From NCBI GenBank assembly GCA_965649825.1, contig OZ287694.1, forward strand, positions 1,859,197 to 1,923,196: a DNA stretch of 64,000 nt. The letters run 5' to 3'. The notes beneath the pieces are model-generated. The model had not been told where the DNA came from. It was given only the letters and a program-made list of their open reading frames with translations, and ran no database searches. Of the stretch, positions 24,490 to 34,273 are shown piece by piece; the stretch's first letter is position 1; each line of letters begins with the position of its first letter. This DNA comes from Penicillus capitatus. Lineage: Eukaryota; Plantae; Chlorophyta. The position numbers and the translations under genes are program-made.

Positions 24490-24568
24490 GCCGATTTAGC
24501 GCTATCCAGTCCCGCCACGAGGAGGCACGGCTCGACGATGCGTTGGCAAACGCACCGCCGTTGGGACC
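24490..24568 (-). ncRNA. HDV-like self-cleaving ribozyme, minimal P4 (minus strand)
   Basis: P1 GGUCCC/GGGACU with a G.U first pair; J1/2 10-bp hairpin GCGGUGCGUU/AACGCAUCGU; P2 GCCGU/AUCGGC (one bulged U); P3 GCC/GGC; L3 UCCUCGU; J1/4 GG for P1.1; J4/2 CUAA with candidate catalytic C at 24499. P4 is reduced to ~6 nt. Confidence 0.72.
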
Positions 24569-24571
24569 ACA

Positions 24572-24904
24572 TTTTTGGGTGGTAATCACGAAATGAAATG
24601 CCATTCTTTTTGGGTGGTAATCACGAAATGAAATGCCATTCTTTTTGGGTGGTAATCACGAAATGAAATGCCATTCTTTTGGGTGGTAATCACGAAATGA
24701 AATGCCATTCTTTTGGGTGGTAATCACGAAATGAAATGCCATTCTTTTGGGTGGTAATCACGAAATGAAATGCCATTCTTTTGGGTGGTAATCACGAAAT
24801 GAAATGCCATTCTTTTTGGGTGGTAATCACGAAATGAAATGCCATTCTTTTTGGGTGGTAATCACGAAATGAAATGCCATTCTTTTTGGGTGGTAATCAC
24901 GAAA
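24572..24904. repeat. Minisatellite, 9 full + 1 partial copies of a 34-35-nt unit
   Basis: Unit t(4-5)gggtggtaatcacgaaatgaaatgccattc; only the T-run length varies; no spacers. Confidence 0.97.
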
Positions 24905-24921
24905 GTGCCTTGGGTAATCAC

Positions 24922-25497
24922 GAGGATGTCCTTCCTTCCGGGATTCCTCAACCAGGTCGAAGGGAAGGCCCGCCTACGGGAGGCGGCCTCCCACTTCGCC
25001 TTCGGGACTAACGGGTGGGCCCGACGCCGTAGAAGCCGTTCAACAGTCCGCGCCACAACCGTCGCACGATTGCCGCCATCGACGGCAGCGTCTCATGCGC
25101 TGTTTGAAAGGTTCTTCGACGGACAACCGAACGACGAGTTCGACGTAGTGGGACCGGAGCTGCGCAACTGTGGGGGAGTATCTCCCGGAAAGAAGGGCCA
25201 TCCGAGGATGTCCCCCCGATCCGAGATTCCTCAACCAGGTCAAAGCAAAGGCCGCCTACAGGAGACGACCCTTACCCCGCCTTCGGGACTAACGGGTGGG
25301 CCCGACGCCGCAGAAGCCGCTCAACGGCCCCCGCCACAACCGCCGCACGATTGCCGCCGTTCTCGGCAGCGTCTCATGCGCTGTGTGAAGGTCTTCGATA
25401 CTGCAAAACTTCAATATGACGGACAATCGAACGACGCGTTCGACGCATCCGGACTGGAACTGCGCAACTACGGGGGAGTATCTCACGGAAAGAAAGA
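24922..25497. repeat. Diverged tandem duplication, 282-nt period, GC- and hairpin-rich
   Basis: gaggatgtcc starts at 24922 and 25204; shared cgccttcgggactaacgggtgggcccgacgcc, gcagcgtctcatgcgctg and gggggagtatctc.cggaaagaa. Confidence 0.9.
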
Positions 25498-25808
25498 CGA
25501 AAAATGGTGCGCGTCATCACTTATATACCCCTTCAGATGATGTGACAGCGTCACATCGTTTTGTCGCGCAATCAGCCAATCACGACGCGAGTTCAGAGCA
25601 CCAACCGTCGGAAGAAGAAGCAGGGAGGAAGGCGTCGCGTCGGCCGATAGCCAATCACGTTGCAGTATCGGAATATTCGATCTGTCACATCAGATTCTCG
25701 TCGATCCAACCAATCAGCGCGCACCTTTCGATTATCCGACCGTAACGCGACAGGGTCACATCACCATTCAGGTATATAAGGCCCACCACGACGCGCATTT
25801 CGTCTTTT
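25493..25808. promoter_or_regulatory. Bidirectional Pol II-type promoter
   Basis: TATATAA on minus (25521-25527) and on plus (25773-25779). Each is followed in its own direction by gacgcgca(cc)attt(t)tcgtcttt. Three CCAATCA boxes (25576, 25651, 25710) and three gtcacatc motifs (25550, 25684, 25755) lie between them. Confidence 0.65.
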
Positions 25809-26244
25809 GTCGTTAGGGCGGTTCTACTGGTGTGTTCTCGCTTCCGGGTTTCGGCTCGGAACACAGAACGCCAAAAACCGGGCCAGTGCTGCCACGCTAT
25901 AAGCCGCCAACCCAGCCCGTCGGTGTTGCGAGGCGCCCCTTCGGGAGGTGCTGCTGACCATCACCTTCCCGCCGCGGTTGGCGCGTGCAAAGGTCGTTAG
26001 ACGCTGGATTCGGAGTGTCTAAGGCGTGTTGCGAGGCATCACTCAGGTGGCGCTGATGACCTCCACACCTGGCTCCGAACTTTGCGCTCCGCCGCACGCT
26101 TAAGACATACGGCTCCACTGCGCTAATGCCACGCCGCCTTCGGGTGACGCGTCACTGGTTCAGTGGGGAGGGTGGGCTTGGGGTTATCCTAGCCAATCCG
26201 GATCTTTCCGGATCGCGTCGAGGGTTTTGGTGCTTCGACGTGAA
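25790..26244 (+). ncRNA. Putative structured non-coding RNA upstream of the plus-strand hammerheads
   Basis: Nested helices: ggcggttct/agaacgcc (25817-25872), tccgggt-TTCG-gctcgga (25843-25860), cgccaacc/ggttggcg, ttagacgct/agtgtctaa (25997-26022), atccgga/tccggat (26196-26213). Several UUCG tetraloops; no convincing ORF. Confidence 0.45.
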
Positions 26245-26290
26245 GGGGTCTGACGAGACGGGTGGCTCCGTCGAAACCCTTAGGTCTTCT
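26245..26290 (+). ncRNA. Hammerhead ribozyme core with poor stem I (degenerate or partner-dependent)
   Basis: GGGGU-CUGACGA-GACGG(GUGGCU)CCGUC-GAA-ACC(CUUA)GGU-C. Core and stem II are intact, but the sequence after GUC (UUCUG) pairs weakly with GGGGU. Confidence 0.55.
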
Positions 26291-26459
26291 GTTGACGTGT
26301 CGTCCGTACCGCGCGCGCTCGAATTACGCGTTCAATTCTCGCTCTCCGTGTTGGATCTCGGCCGATGTCCAGCGCACGGGTAGATCTGCCGACATCGTCC
26401 GCGGGTCTTTTTCCTCCGCCGATTCGATGTCGCGTTCGTTCGCGCTGCGGCGCGGGAAA

Positions 26460-26526
26460 GGGGTCTGATGAGACGGATGGCGCCGTCGAAACCGCAGAGT
26501 GCTTCGTTGCATTCGGCGGTCACCCC
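26460..26526 (+). ncRNA. Type I hammerhead ribozyme (plus strand)
   Basis: GGGGU-CUGAUGA-GACGG(AUGGCG)CCGUC-GAA-ACCGC...GCGGU-C/ACCCC. Stem III is extended by gagtgc/gcattc and stem I is a perfect 5 bp. Predicted cleavage after C26521. Confidence 0.93.
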
Positions 26527-29291
26527 AGCCAGTCGTTTTTTTCTTTCTGTCTCTTTTTCGCCTATCTATATCTATGTTTCTGCCTACGTGCGTTAACACT
26601 AACTGACCTTTACAGCCGATGGCAAGGCGATCTGCATGTATGTATGTATGTACACATGCTCCCCGCTCGGCTTTAAAGAAGAATTCTTCGCGCTGTGTCT
26701 CTCACTCGTTCGTCCTCCTGCCGTTAAGTGATCTGACCCTAGTTTGTTCAACGTGATGGTAGACTTGGAGGCGACGCATTTTTTTGGTATTGGAAAGTGG
26801 ACCTTTGTACCTACCTAGACCAGAGTGGCAGAGCAGCAGTCCTCTGGATTTCTGATGAGTGGTTCTTAACAGCACATCAACCTTGTCGATCATCAGGACG
26901 CCGACGTTGTGCGACACCGCCGTTGCAACGTATAGCGAGCCCGTGAAGCTTTCGAGTGACCTCATTCTCACAACGTGAACCGGCGATTCTCAAGCTTGCC
27001 GTTGCAACGGCGGACTCCATCGCCCGACCGCTTCATTCGCTCTTGCATCAAGAGAATATCACTCCTCAGCGCTGTCGCCGTCTCCACGTCAAACTACGTT
27101 TTAAACGGAGCGTTCCGTTCTCCTTCAGGTGGGTGGGTGGGTGTCCTGCAAACAGACGTTGGCTATACACAGTGAGTGACCAGAAGCCCGAGCAAATGCA
27201 AGACGGCCCTTGGCCTGTCAAATCAGAAGCGCGCTGTTCTCTCTTTGCTTTCCAGTCGTCACACCACAACAGACAGAACCGGTGGCCATGCTGAGACTGT
27301 CCTGTTTTAACATCCCATCTTCTAGGCGAGACGTTGCGGACCGGAATCGAACTTCTAGGTGCTCTCCCCTGAGCACTGCTGCATTAGGAGTGAAGATCAC
27401 CGGGAGTGTCGCGATATAAACCTATGACATGCATTACCGTTTTGGAGTCCCCGATTCAAGGGACATTGATCGCATCAGAACGCGCCGAAGGACTGAAGGA
27501 AGGTGTTTGTCGACGAACGCATAACACAGCTTTCTGGTGCAAGATCCGACGAGATCGCAGCTGCATGGGTTTATGTCCCACGAGATTCGAAAGGCCGACA
27601 CACTCGGTGTGAAGCTAGCCGCCGCCAATCGAGAACAACGAATTCAAGAACTTCGATTCCTCACTTCCAACGAAACCTCTTTCTTCCCGCCGCCGACCCT
27701 CTTCTGAAGTGTTCCACACTTGGTCGTCGCTCACCGGATTGTTTATTCATATGCCGGCGCTTTCAGATGGAGCAAGATCTGTCACAGCTTCGTGCGACTG
27801 TTGTCCTCGTTCCCGCAGATCATCCCAGTGCGCGTCGTCGCCAGTCATGGTCGCATGGATGCGCCAAACGTGCGAAGTCTACAAGAAGACAAATGAATGA
27901 ATGACTCGGCACGCCGTCGGAATACACGACGTTTAAGTAAGTAACAGGCGAGAACAGTTCATTATCTACGAGAAAAGCTACGCGGAGCGAGCGACTAGTG
28001 CTTTCCCAACTCCGTGCATCGATCGCCCTCAGCAACGTCGTCGCGCCAATGTCCTTTCAGATCGTCCACGTAGCGCCGGTGACACACTAGACGACAGCAA
28101 CTCACCATGTCCGACGAGCCAGACAGAGACTATAAAAATTTACTCCTCTGATGACGATACGAGCAGCTAGCTGGATTCAGACAAGTGAGATTAGAAAACT
28201 CCGTCGCCGCAAAAACACAGACAGATGTTGTGTCAACGTTTCCGATTAGGCAAGGAAGCTTTTGGATGCGCTCGTATCGTGGAAGTAGCAGTTGTGTGTG
28301 CCCTGACGACGATAAGACAGACAGACAGACTTTGGTAGATGCGACCTGAACTTATGCCAAGTGTGGCAGCTTCTGGTTGCGTAAGATTGTCTGTTTCTCG
28401 TGACTGAAGCGTCAGTCAGGTCGTAACAAGGAAGCCTGTCGCGCGGAGTATGAGGCGGTTTTTGATGGAATACAAAGGTTACACAATTGACAACTTTTCA
28501 ATGAACAAAACGGAGCGAAAAGGTTACTTACAATCAACTTGTACAGCAAACAGAAATAAAGTAACTCGTAAGCAAAGAAGCAGAACAATTCTAATCTAAT
28601 CTTCTTCTTCCCCTTTTACTTAACCCTTCAGGTGCGACAGCTCGGACCGTCGTCTAAGCCGCCGTGCGTGGTCGGTCTTGAAGTGAGAGGTGAACGGGAG
28701 AGCCGGTGCGTCATAGGTGTTCTCTGAAAGACTTATGCCAGAATGGATAGAGACATTCACGAAGAGGTCACAGTACTCGGCCAGTCTTCCGAACCCCCCC
28801 AAATGCGTTCGGTAGTTTCTCAAATCTCTCTCCGCGCCTGCTCGAAGAGAACGAACAGCTCTCTAGCCGGTGAGGCAGAGGGAGAGGGGGTTCCACTGTT
28901 AGTTATGACTCTCCCATCCAGTGGGTTTGAAGAGTGGGAGAGAGGACCACTGGCCGAAGAGGAGTCCAGTGGGATCATCGGATAAACGCTGCTGCGTTCT
29001 TTTGCACATTTGCTGTGATTGTTCTGTCGTAAACCGCTCGTTCGGTGACGACTGTTGCCATTGTAGGCTGCTTTCGCATGTTTACACTTTGACAGTTTTC
29101 ACGCTGGTAGATCTGTTCCGTCACCTCCGTTAATGCCCGTCACATTCTCCCCGACACGTGTATGTACGGATAAAAAACCGATCGATAAACGCGCGCGCAA
29201 AGCACGAAGCTATGAAGAACATAGAGTACTATTACATACCATTGTTTCGGTTCGACTCATAAGGATCGAACTCAACTTGACAGTGAAACAA

Positions 29292-30110
29292 CCAGAGCAG
29301 TGAATGCGAATGGAGACGGCCGGTTCGACTTATGGCTGTCGAACCCGTCTTGCCAGAGAAACAGCCAGAGCAGTGAATGCGAATGAAGACAGCCGGTTCG
29401 ACTTATGGCTGTCGAACCCATCTTGCCAGAGAAACAGCCAGGGTCAGCCCCGGCGGAAAAACAGCCGGTTCGACTTATAGAGAGGTCGAACTCTTGTTGC
29501 TCAGACGATGCGTGTGCTTGCCAGAAAAACAGGCCAGGGTCAGCCCCGGCGGAAAAACAGCCGGTTCGACTTATAGAGAGGTCGAACTCTTGTTGCTCAG
29601 ACGATGCGTGTGCTTGCCAGAAAAACATGCCAGGGTCAGCCCCGGCGGAAAAACAGCCGGTTCGACTTATAGAGAGGTCGAACTCTTGTTGCTCAGACGA
29701 TGCGTGTGCTTGCCAGAAAAACAGGCCAGGGTCAGCCCCGGCGGAAAAACAGCCGGTTCGACTTATAGAGAGGTCGAACTCTTGTTGCTCAGACGATGCG
29801 TGTGCTTGCCAGAAAAACAGGCCAGGGTCAGCCCCGGCGGAAAAACAGCCGGTTCGACTTATAGAGAGGTCGAACTCTTGTTGCTCAGACGATGCGTGTG
29901 CTTGCCAGAAAAACATGCCAGGGTCAGCCCCGGCGGAAAAACAGCCGGTTCGACTTATAGAGAGGTCGAACTCTTGTTGCTCAGACGATGCGTGTGCTTG
30001 CCAGAAAAACATGCCAGGGTCAGCCCCGGCGGAAAAACAGCCGGTTCGACTTATAGAGAGGTCGAACTCTTGTTGCTCAGACGATGCGTGTGCTTGCCAG
30101 AAAAACAGGC
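29292..30110. repeat. Compound minisatellite: 2 x 73 nt then 7 x 96 nt, each unit with a GTTCGAC..GTCGAAC hairpin
   Basis: 73-nt period (29292, 29365); 96-nt period from 29438 to 30110; the units differ essentially only at aacaGgcc/aacaTgcc. Confidence 0.96.
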
Positions 30111-30215
30111 CAAGGACAGGACAGAGGACACCGCGCCCATGCAACCAAGGACAGGACAGAGGACACCGCGCCCATGCAACCAAGGACAGGACAGAGGACA
30201 CCGCGCCCATGCAAC
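30111..30215. repeat. 3 x 35-nt tandem repeat
   Basis: caaggacaggacagaggacaccgcgcccatgcaac starts at 30111, 30146 and 30181. Confidence 0.95.
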
Positions 30216-31087
30216 CAATCAGTGTAATAGTATACCTTCTCTTCCGTTGCCCACGACGATCAGAACAATCGAAACCTTGCCTCAATGGGCGCTTTCCAGT
30301 TTCTTCGACATCCCAAAGCAAACGAGACAAACCTGTTCCCTTGGCGATCTAACCGTCCGATCACGCTACCTTTCCCGCATCCCCTACACCAATTCCCAGC
30401 GCCTCCGCACTATACCTACCGCCGCATGCAAACCCCGTGGAGCGAAATAACATACCGTCTAGTCTACCACTCTCCCTTGTGGGCACCAACGTCTTCCTCA
30501 AGCTGACGACGAAGCAGAGCTTCGTGGCGAAACCGACGCAAGAGATTCACGAACCACGGCTCTTGAGAAAAGAATCCACGCAGAACACCCGAAGCGTGCT
30601 CGCAGTGGCAACGGAAAAACAGAAAAGAAAAAACAACAAGCCTACGACACACACCGACAACGGAAAGACAGCGCTGGCGCGGGAAAGAAAAAACCACGTT
30701 TCCTACGAAGACACTCAAGGAAAGAGAAAAACGCGCGTCGAGCCATAGAGATCGCAGAACTCAAGGTCAGCATGCAGTCAACCGAGGTACGTGGCCCCAC
30801 GGCAATCCTCGTTCCCAAGCCGTCATCGCCCCACGCTCTCCACTATTCGCACACCTAGGTCGTCGTGCTTTGGCCTCACCGCATACTCGCCATCCATTTT
30901 CTCTCCTTCATCACATATCACCGGTAAACGCATTAGATCGCCAATTCCTTATCCTCTCATGTTGACCCTTGACGTTATCTTCTCTCCTCACCCGCCTGTC
31001 TCGACAAGATTCCGCCTTCCATATAAAAATGCCCGATACAACCGCTGACGAAACCTAATCCGCACACCGGACCGCTTTAACGGTCAT

Positions 31088-32041
31088 CTACCTTCTCGAC
31101 CTCTTCCGGGAGCCCCCCAGTGAACCCCCTGTCCCCCCGGCAACCTTCCGTTTCGAATCGTTTTCTTTCAACATCTCCATCCGTTCTCTTCGAACCCGCG
31201 TGTCCCGAAGATTGTAGCGGCGCTTTGCATTTCTCTCCCTTGTTAATTCTTCTTCGTACGACGTGTCCCGACGGCGGCGTCTAGAACCGCTGCCCTCAGA
31301 CTCCTCTTTCGTTTCCATGACAACGTCGGGCTGCGCCTCCGGCACCGCGTCCCCTTCTTCGTCCGTGACAACGTCGGGCTGCGCCTCCGGCACCGCGTTC
31401 CCTTCTTCGTCCGCGACAACGTCGGGCTGCGCCTCCGGCACCGCGTCCCCTTCTTCGTCCGCGACAACGTCGGGCTGCGCCTCCGGCACCGCGTCCCCTT
31501 CTTCGTCAATGTCGAGTTCCACGACAACTTCCTCCACCTCCACGCCCACGATATTGTCTTCTCCGTACGTAAGTTCAGTGAGGACGAACAGCATCATGTC
31601 CTTTGCCAATTCGTTCTGTCTTTGGCGAACCTCTGTCGGAGGGGCGCTGAGCTGTGACCTTAGATGTCTTACAAACATGGCAACCCTGAAGAACATAAAT
31701 TCATCGTCGTGGTTGCCAAGTTGAGTTGCCAAAGCATTTCCCAGAACGTTCGCAACGTCAGCCCATGTGCGAATATGCCCTTCTTCGCCTTCATTGGTAT
31801 TCCCGACCAGGAACCGCACCCCCATTTGGCACAAAACGGTCCGAACGGCGGCGAATGCACCCGGTGTCCACGTGTGTAGTGGCCCCACGTCTGCCCCGAA
31901 GATGTCGGCCGCGACCATAAGTCCAAAATGGCTAGAGACCGCTGCGTGAAAAATGTTGTATTGTTCACGCTGAACATCTTGCTGCAAACCGCATAAGACG
32001 TGGTTTGTGAGAACCTGTACTGCCAACGTAAACGAACCCAT
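31088..32041 (-). CDS. Orphan protein with acidic 16-aa repeats and a basic, NLS-like tail
   Basis: Open frame (first ATG 32041). Contains 4 x 48-nt repeats (EEGDAVPEAQPDVVxD, 31319-31507) and the tail RRRRR...KRRYNLR...RKRSRR. Upstream TATA/CCAAT; degenerate paralog at 40759-41839. Confidence 0.6.
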   Translation of the reverse strand: MGSFTLAVQVLTNHVLCGLQQDVQREQYNIFHAAVSSHFGLMVAADIFGADVGPLHTWTPGAFAAVRTVLCQMGVRFLVGNTNEGEEGHIRTWADVANVLGNALATQLGNHDDEFMFFRVAMFVRHLRSQLSAPPTEVRQRQNELAKDMMLFVLTELTYGEDNIVGVEVEEVVVELDIDEEGDAVPEAQPDVVADEEGDAVPEAQPDVVADEEGNAVPEAQPDVVTDEEGDAVPEAQPDVVMETKEESEGSGSRRRRRDTSYEEELTRERNAKRRYNLRDTRVRRERMEMLKENDSKRKVAGGTGGSLGGSRKRSRR

Positions 32042-32177
32042 CACCGTTACTTTTGAGGCAATATGAAAACCGAACACCAATATTTTTCGTGCAAAGTGGC
32101 AAGAAGCACAAAGTCCGTAAGAACACCAGAGAACCTTGAAACAACAAAACAACCTTCACCGTACTGCGCTCGTAATC

Positions 32178-32342
32178 ATATATATACAAGCGTAATGAAT
32201 TAATGGAAAATTAAGTCAACCTATGGTTAGGTTTCCGAACTCGCATCGCCATTGGTTAGATCGACGAATCGTTCAAGCTGATTAATTAATGCAAAGAATA
32301 GCTAAATCTACGGTTAGGTTTCCGAACTCGCATCGCGATTGG
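32178..32342 (-). promoter_or_regulatory. Promoter of the orphan gene: TATA plus two 31-nt direct repeats ending in a CCAAT box
   Basis: TATATATAT at 32178-32186; ggttaggtttccgaactcgcatcgc(c/g)attgg at 32225 and 32312. Confidence 0.55.
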
Positions 32343-34273
32343 CTGACTCGATGAGGGAGGCGACACCACGGCGGACGGCACAAATGAAGCAAACAAAACG
32401 TTTGGAGTGCATACCAAGTTTAAGGGAGTGTGGCTACTTGTTGATTGAGTCGATTTGTGACCCGACACCCCTGACAACTTACACGTAATGTCCTTGAATC
32501 TCTAACAATTTTGACCTGTGTTCAATACCGAACGTCAACAAGATCCTTCATACTAGCTCCTGAACTTAACAGTTCTGTCACGCAATCGTTTTAAAGGGAT
32601 TGCATAGCTGCCCATGGGGTCCTCAAGTCAAAGAAAGTGGTTCAATCTTCTGACTTTGTAACCGATCTTCAAGGGAAATCATAGTTATGTTGTTGTCCGG
32701 TCCTGCTTTTTCAGATATAAATAATGATTGTGCAACAAAGGGTCATCCATAATACAAAGGAAGAAAAAATGCACCAGACCCAAAGAATTTGAACTGGTAT
32801 CATGTAAGGCAGCGCCGCCGACAACCAAGAAGTCGACAGACTCGTAAATTTCTCAGTTTCCTTAGTCGGTCGGACGTTGAGTGATAGCCAGTCTCTCCTC
32901 CATCTGCCTCTGAAGAGATGCCATCATCGTCTCATTCCTGGTCGCCATTGTTTTAATCTGATCTTCCATTCTCTGCTGTGGCGCGCTGAACTTTTTCCAG
33001 ACCTCGTCTATTCTTCCTGTCACGTAATGCCCTTCCTGGAGGCCTGGTCACCATCGTGGCGTCTGGGGGTCCGGGGGAAGGAATGTCCTCTGGAAGCGGC
33101 GCTACTAGGTCGACACTGGCGTCTTCAGAGCTTCGCTGCGAGCCGTAGATTTCCGCGTTGTCGATGATCCGCTCTGCCCCTCGCTGTTGCAAATCGGAGG
33201 TCTCCGCCTGACGAAATCTGTTAAGGCGGTCTTCGAAGTTAGGGTAGAGAGGCGCGTAGAGAATAGTCGCGCGTTGAACGTTGTGCTCCGCGTCGTGATC
33301 CGCCAGGATGCAGCGAAACAAGAAGTCTTACAACAATCGTAAAGGCAAAAGTCCGTGCATACCCCCCTTTTATACCGCCCTGGTGATGCGACTCCACGAA
33401 GAAGTGAGTCATCGCGCCACCTGAGCCAGAGAAGATCGTCCCAAGACACAGTCGACAAGACATGCAGCGCCCCTGCGCACAGCTGACCCCCACAGAACAA
33501 GACAACGTCACATCGCTCGGCGACACTTCCTTCCCTGTTCCTGCACAACAAGTGTCACTACGGATCTTCTGCTCTTCGAGGGCTCACAGTTTTCTGTCGA
33601 TTCTGTAGTAGAGGGAATTCCGTGTGACAACGATGTTGGCTCGTGCCTTGATTTGCGTTCATTCGCCGTCATCTGTACGCGCTCGTAATCATCGGACAAC
33701 TCGTCACCATCAGATTGAAGATCACGATCATAGGAACGAAAAGGAACACGATGTACAACAGAGATTGCCACACAGACAGGAATTTGTCTTCCGAATAGAA
33801 AGCTTGTGAAGCAAAGAGCAACTCAGTAGGGGAGACACACAGGAGATGCTTACGTCGGCTTCACTGTTCCCAATGGTCGAGAAGAACAGGGCTTCTGCGA
33901 TACGTATGGTGGAATGACAGCCGTGTAGATCCTGGGGAATGTCGTCCAGTTTCCTAAAAAAAGAGTACGGAAGGCCATCGAAAACCAGATGTGGTTGTCA
34001 AGAGCAGAAGTGTGAACGGCACAATGCTGTCTAAGAGATTCGCCATAGGAATGATCAGAGGCCCGAACAACTCAAAGGGTTGGCAGTACTGCAACATCTC
34101 GGTAGTAAAAGGTCAACCCATCGGCACAGTAGAAACAAAAGCTGAAACGGTCTTAACTCGTCCACGCCTTAAAAGGCGTTCGTCGAGCTCGCGCCGAGTC
34201 TTGTGCCGCGTCATCTGAAGAACGTTCAGACAATGATGTTCTGTTTCTTGCGTCTGACAGCGACGGCGCATCA

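Noticed and set aside
24572-24904. CRISPR-like 35-nt repeats
   Set aside because: The units are contiguous with no unique spacers, there are no cas genes, and the context is eukaryotic.
26053-26858. Additional CTGATGA heptamers at 26053 and 26852
   Set aside because: Neither is followed by a closable stem II and GAAA.
29353-29436. CCAGAGAAACA, matching one strand of hairpin-ribozyme loop B
   Set aside because: The partner strand (GUAUAUUAC-like, then CUGG) and loop A are absent.
29245-30070. GGTTCGA motifs as tRNA T-loops or Pol III B-boxes
   Set aside because: No cloverleaf or A-box at suitable spacing; the motif is one arm of the repeat hairpin.
29272-30450. Long ORFs in three frames across the 96-nt array; also a possible CRISPR array
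   Set aside because: A stop-free unit of length divisible by 3 produces ORFs on both strands automatically; there are no variable spacers.
30730-31085. Frame with stops at matching positions in both paralogous blocks, hinting at stop-codon reassignment
   Set aside because: Neighbouring genes end in TAA, TAG and TGA normally, and substitutions between the copies are mostly non-synonymous, as expected for neutral decay.
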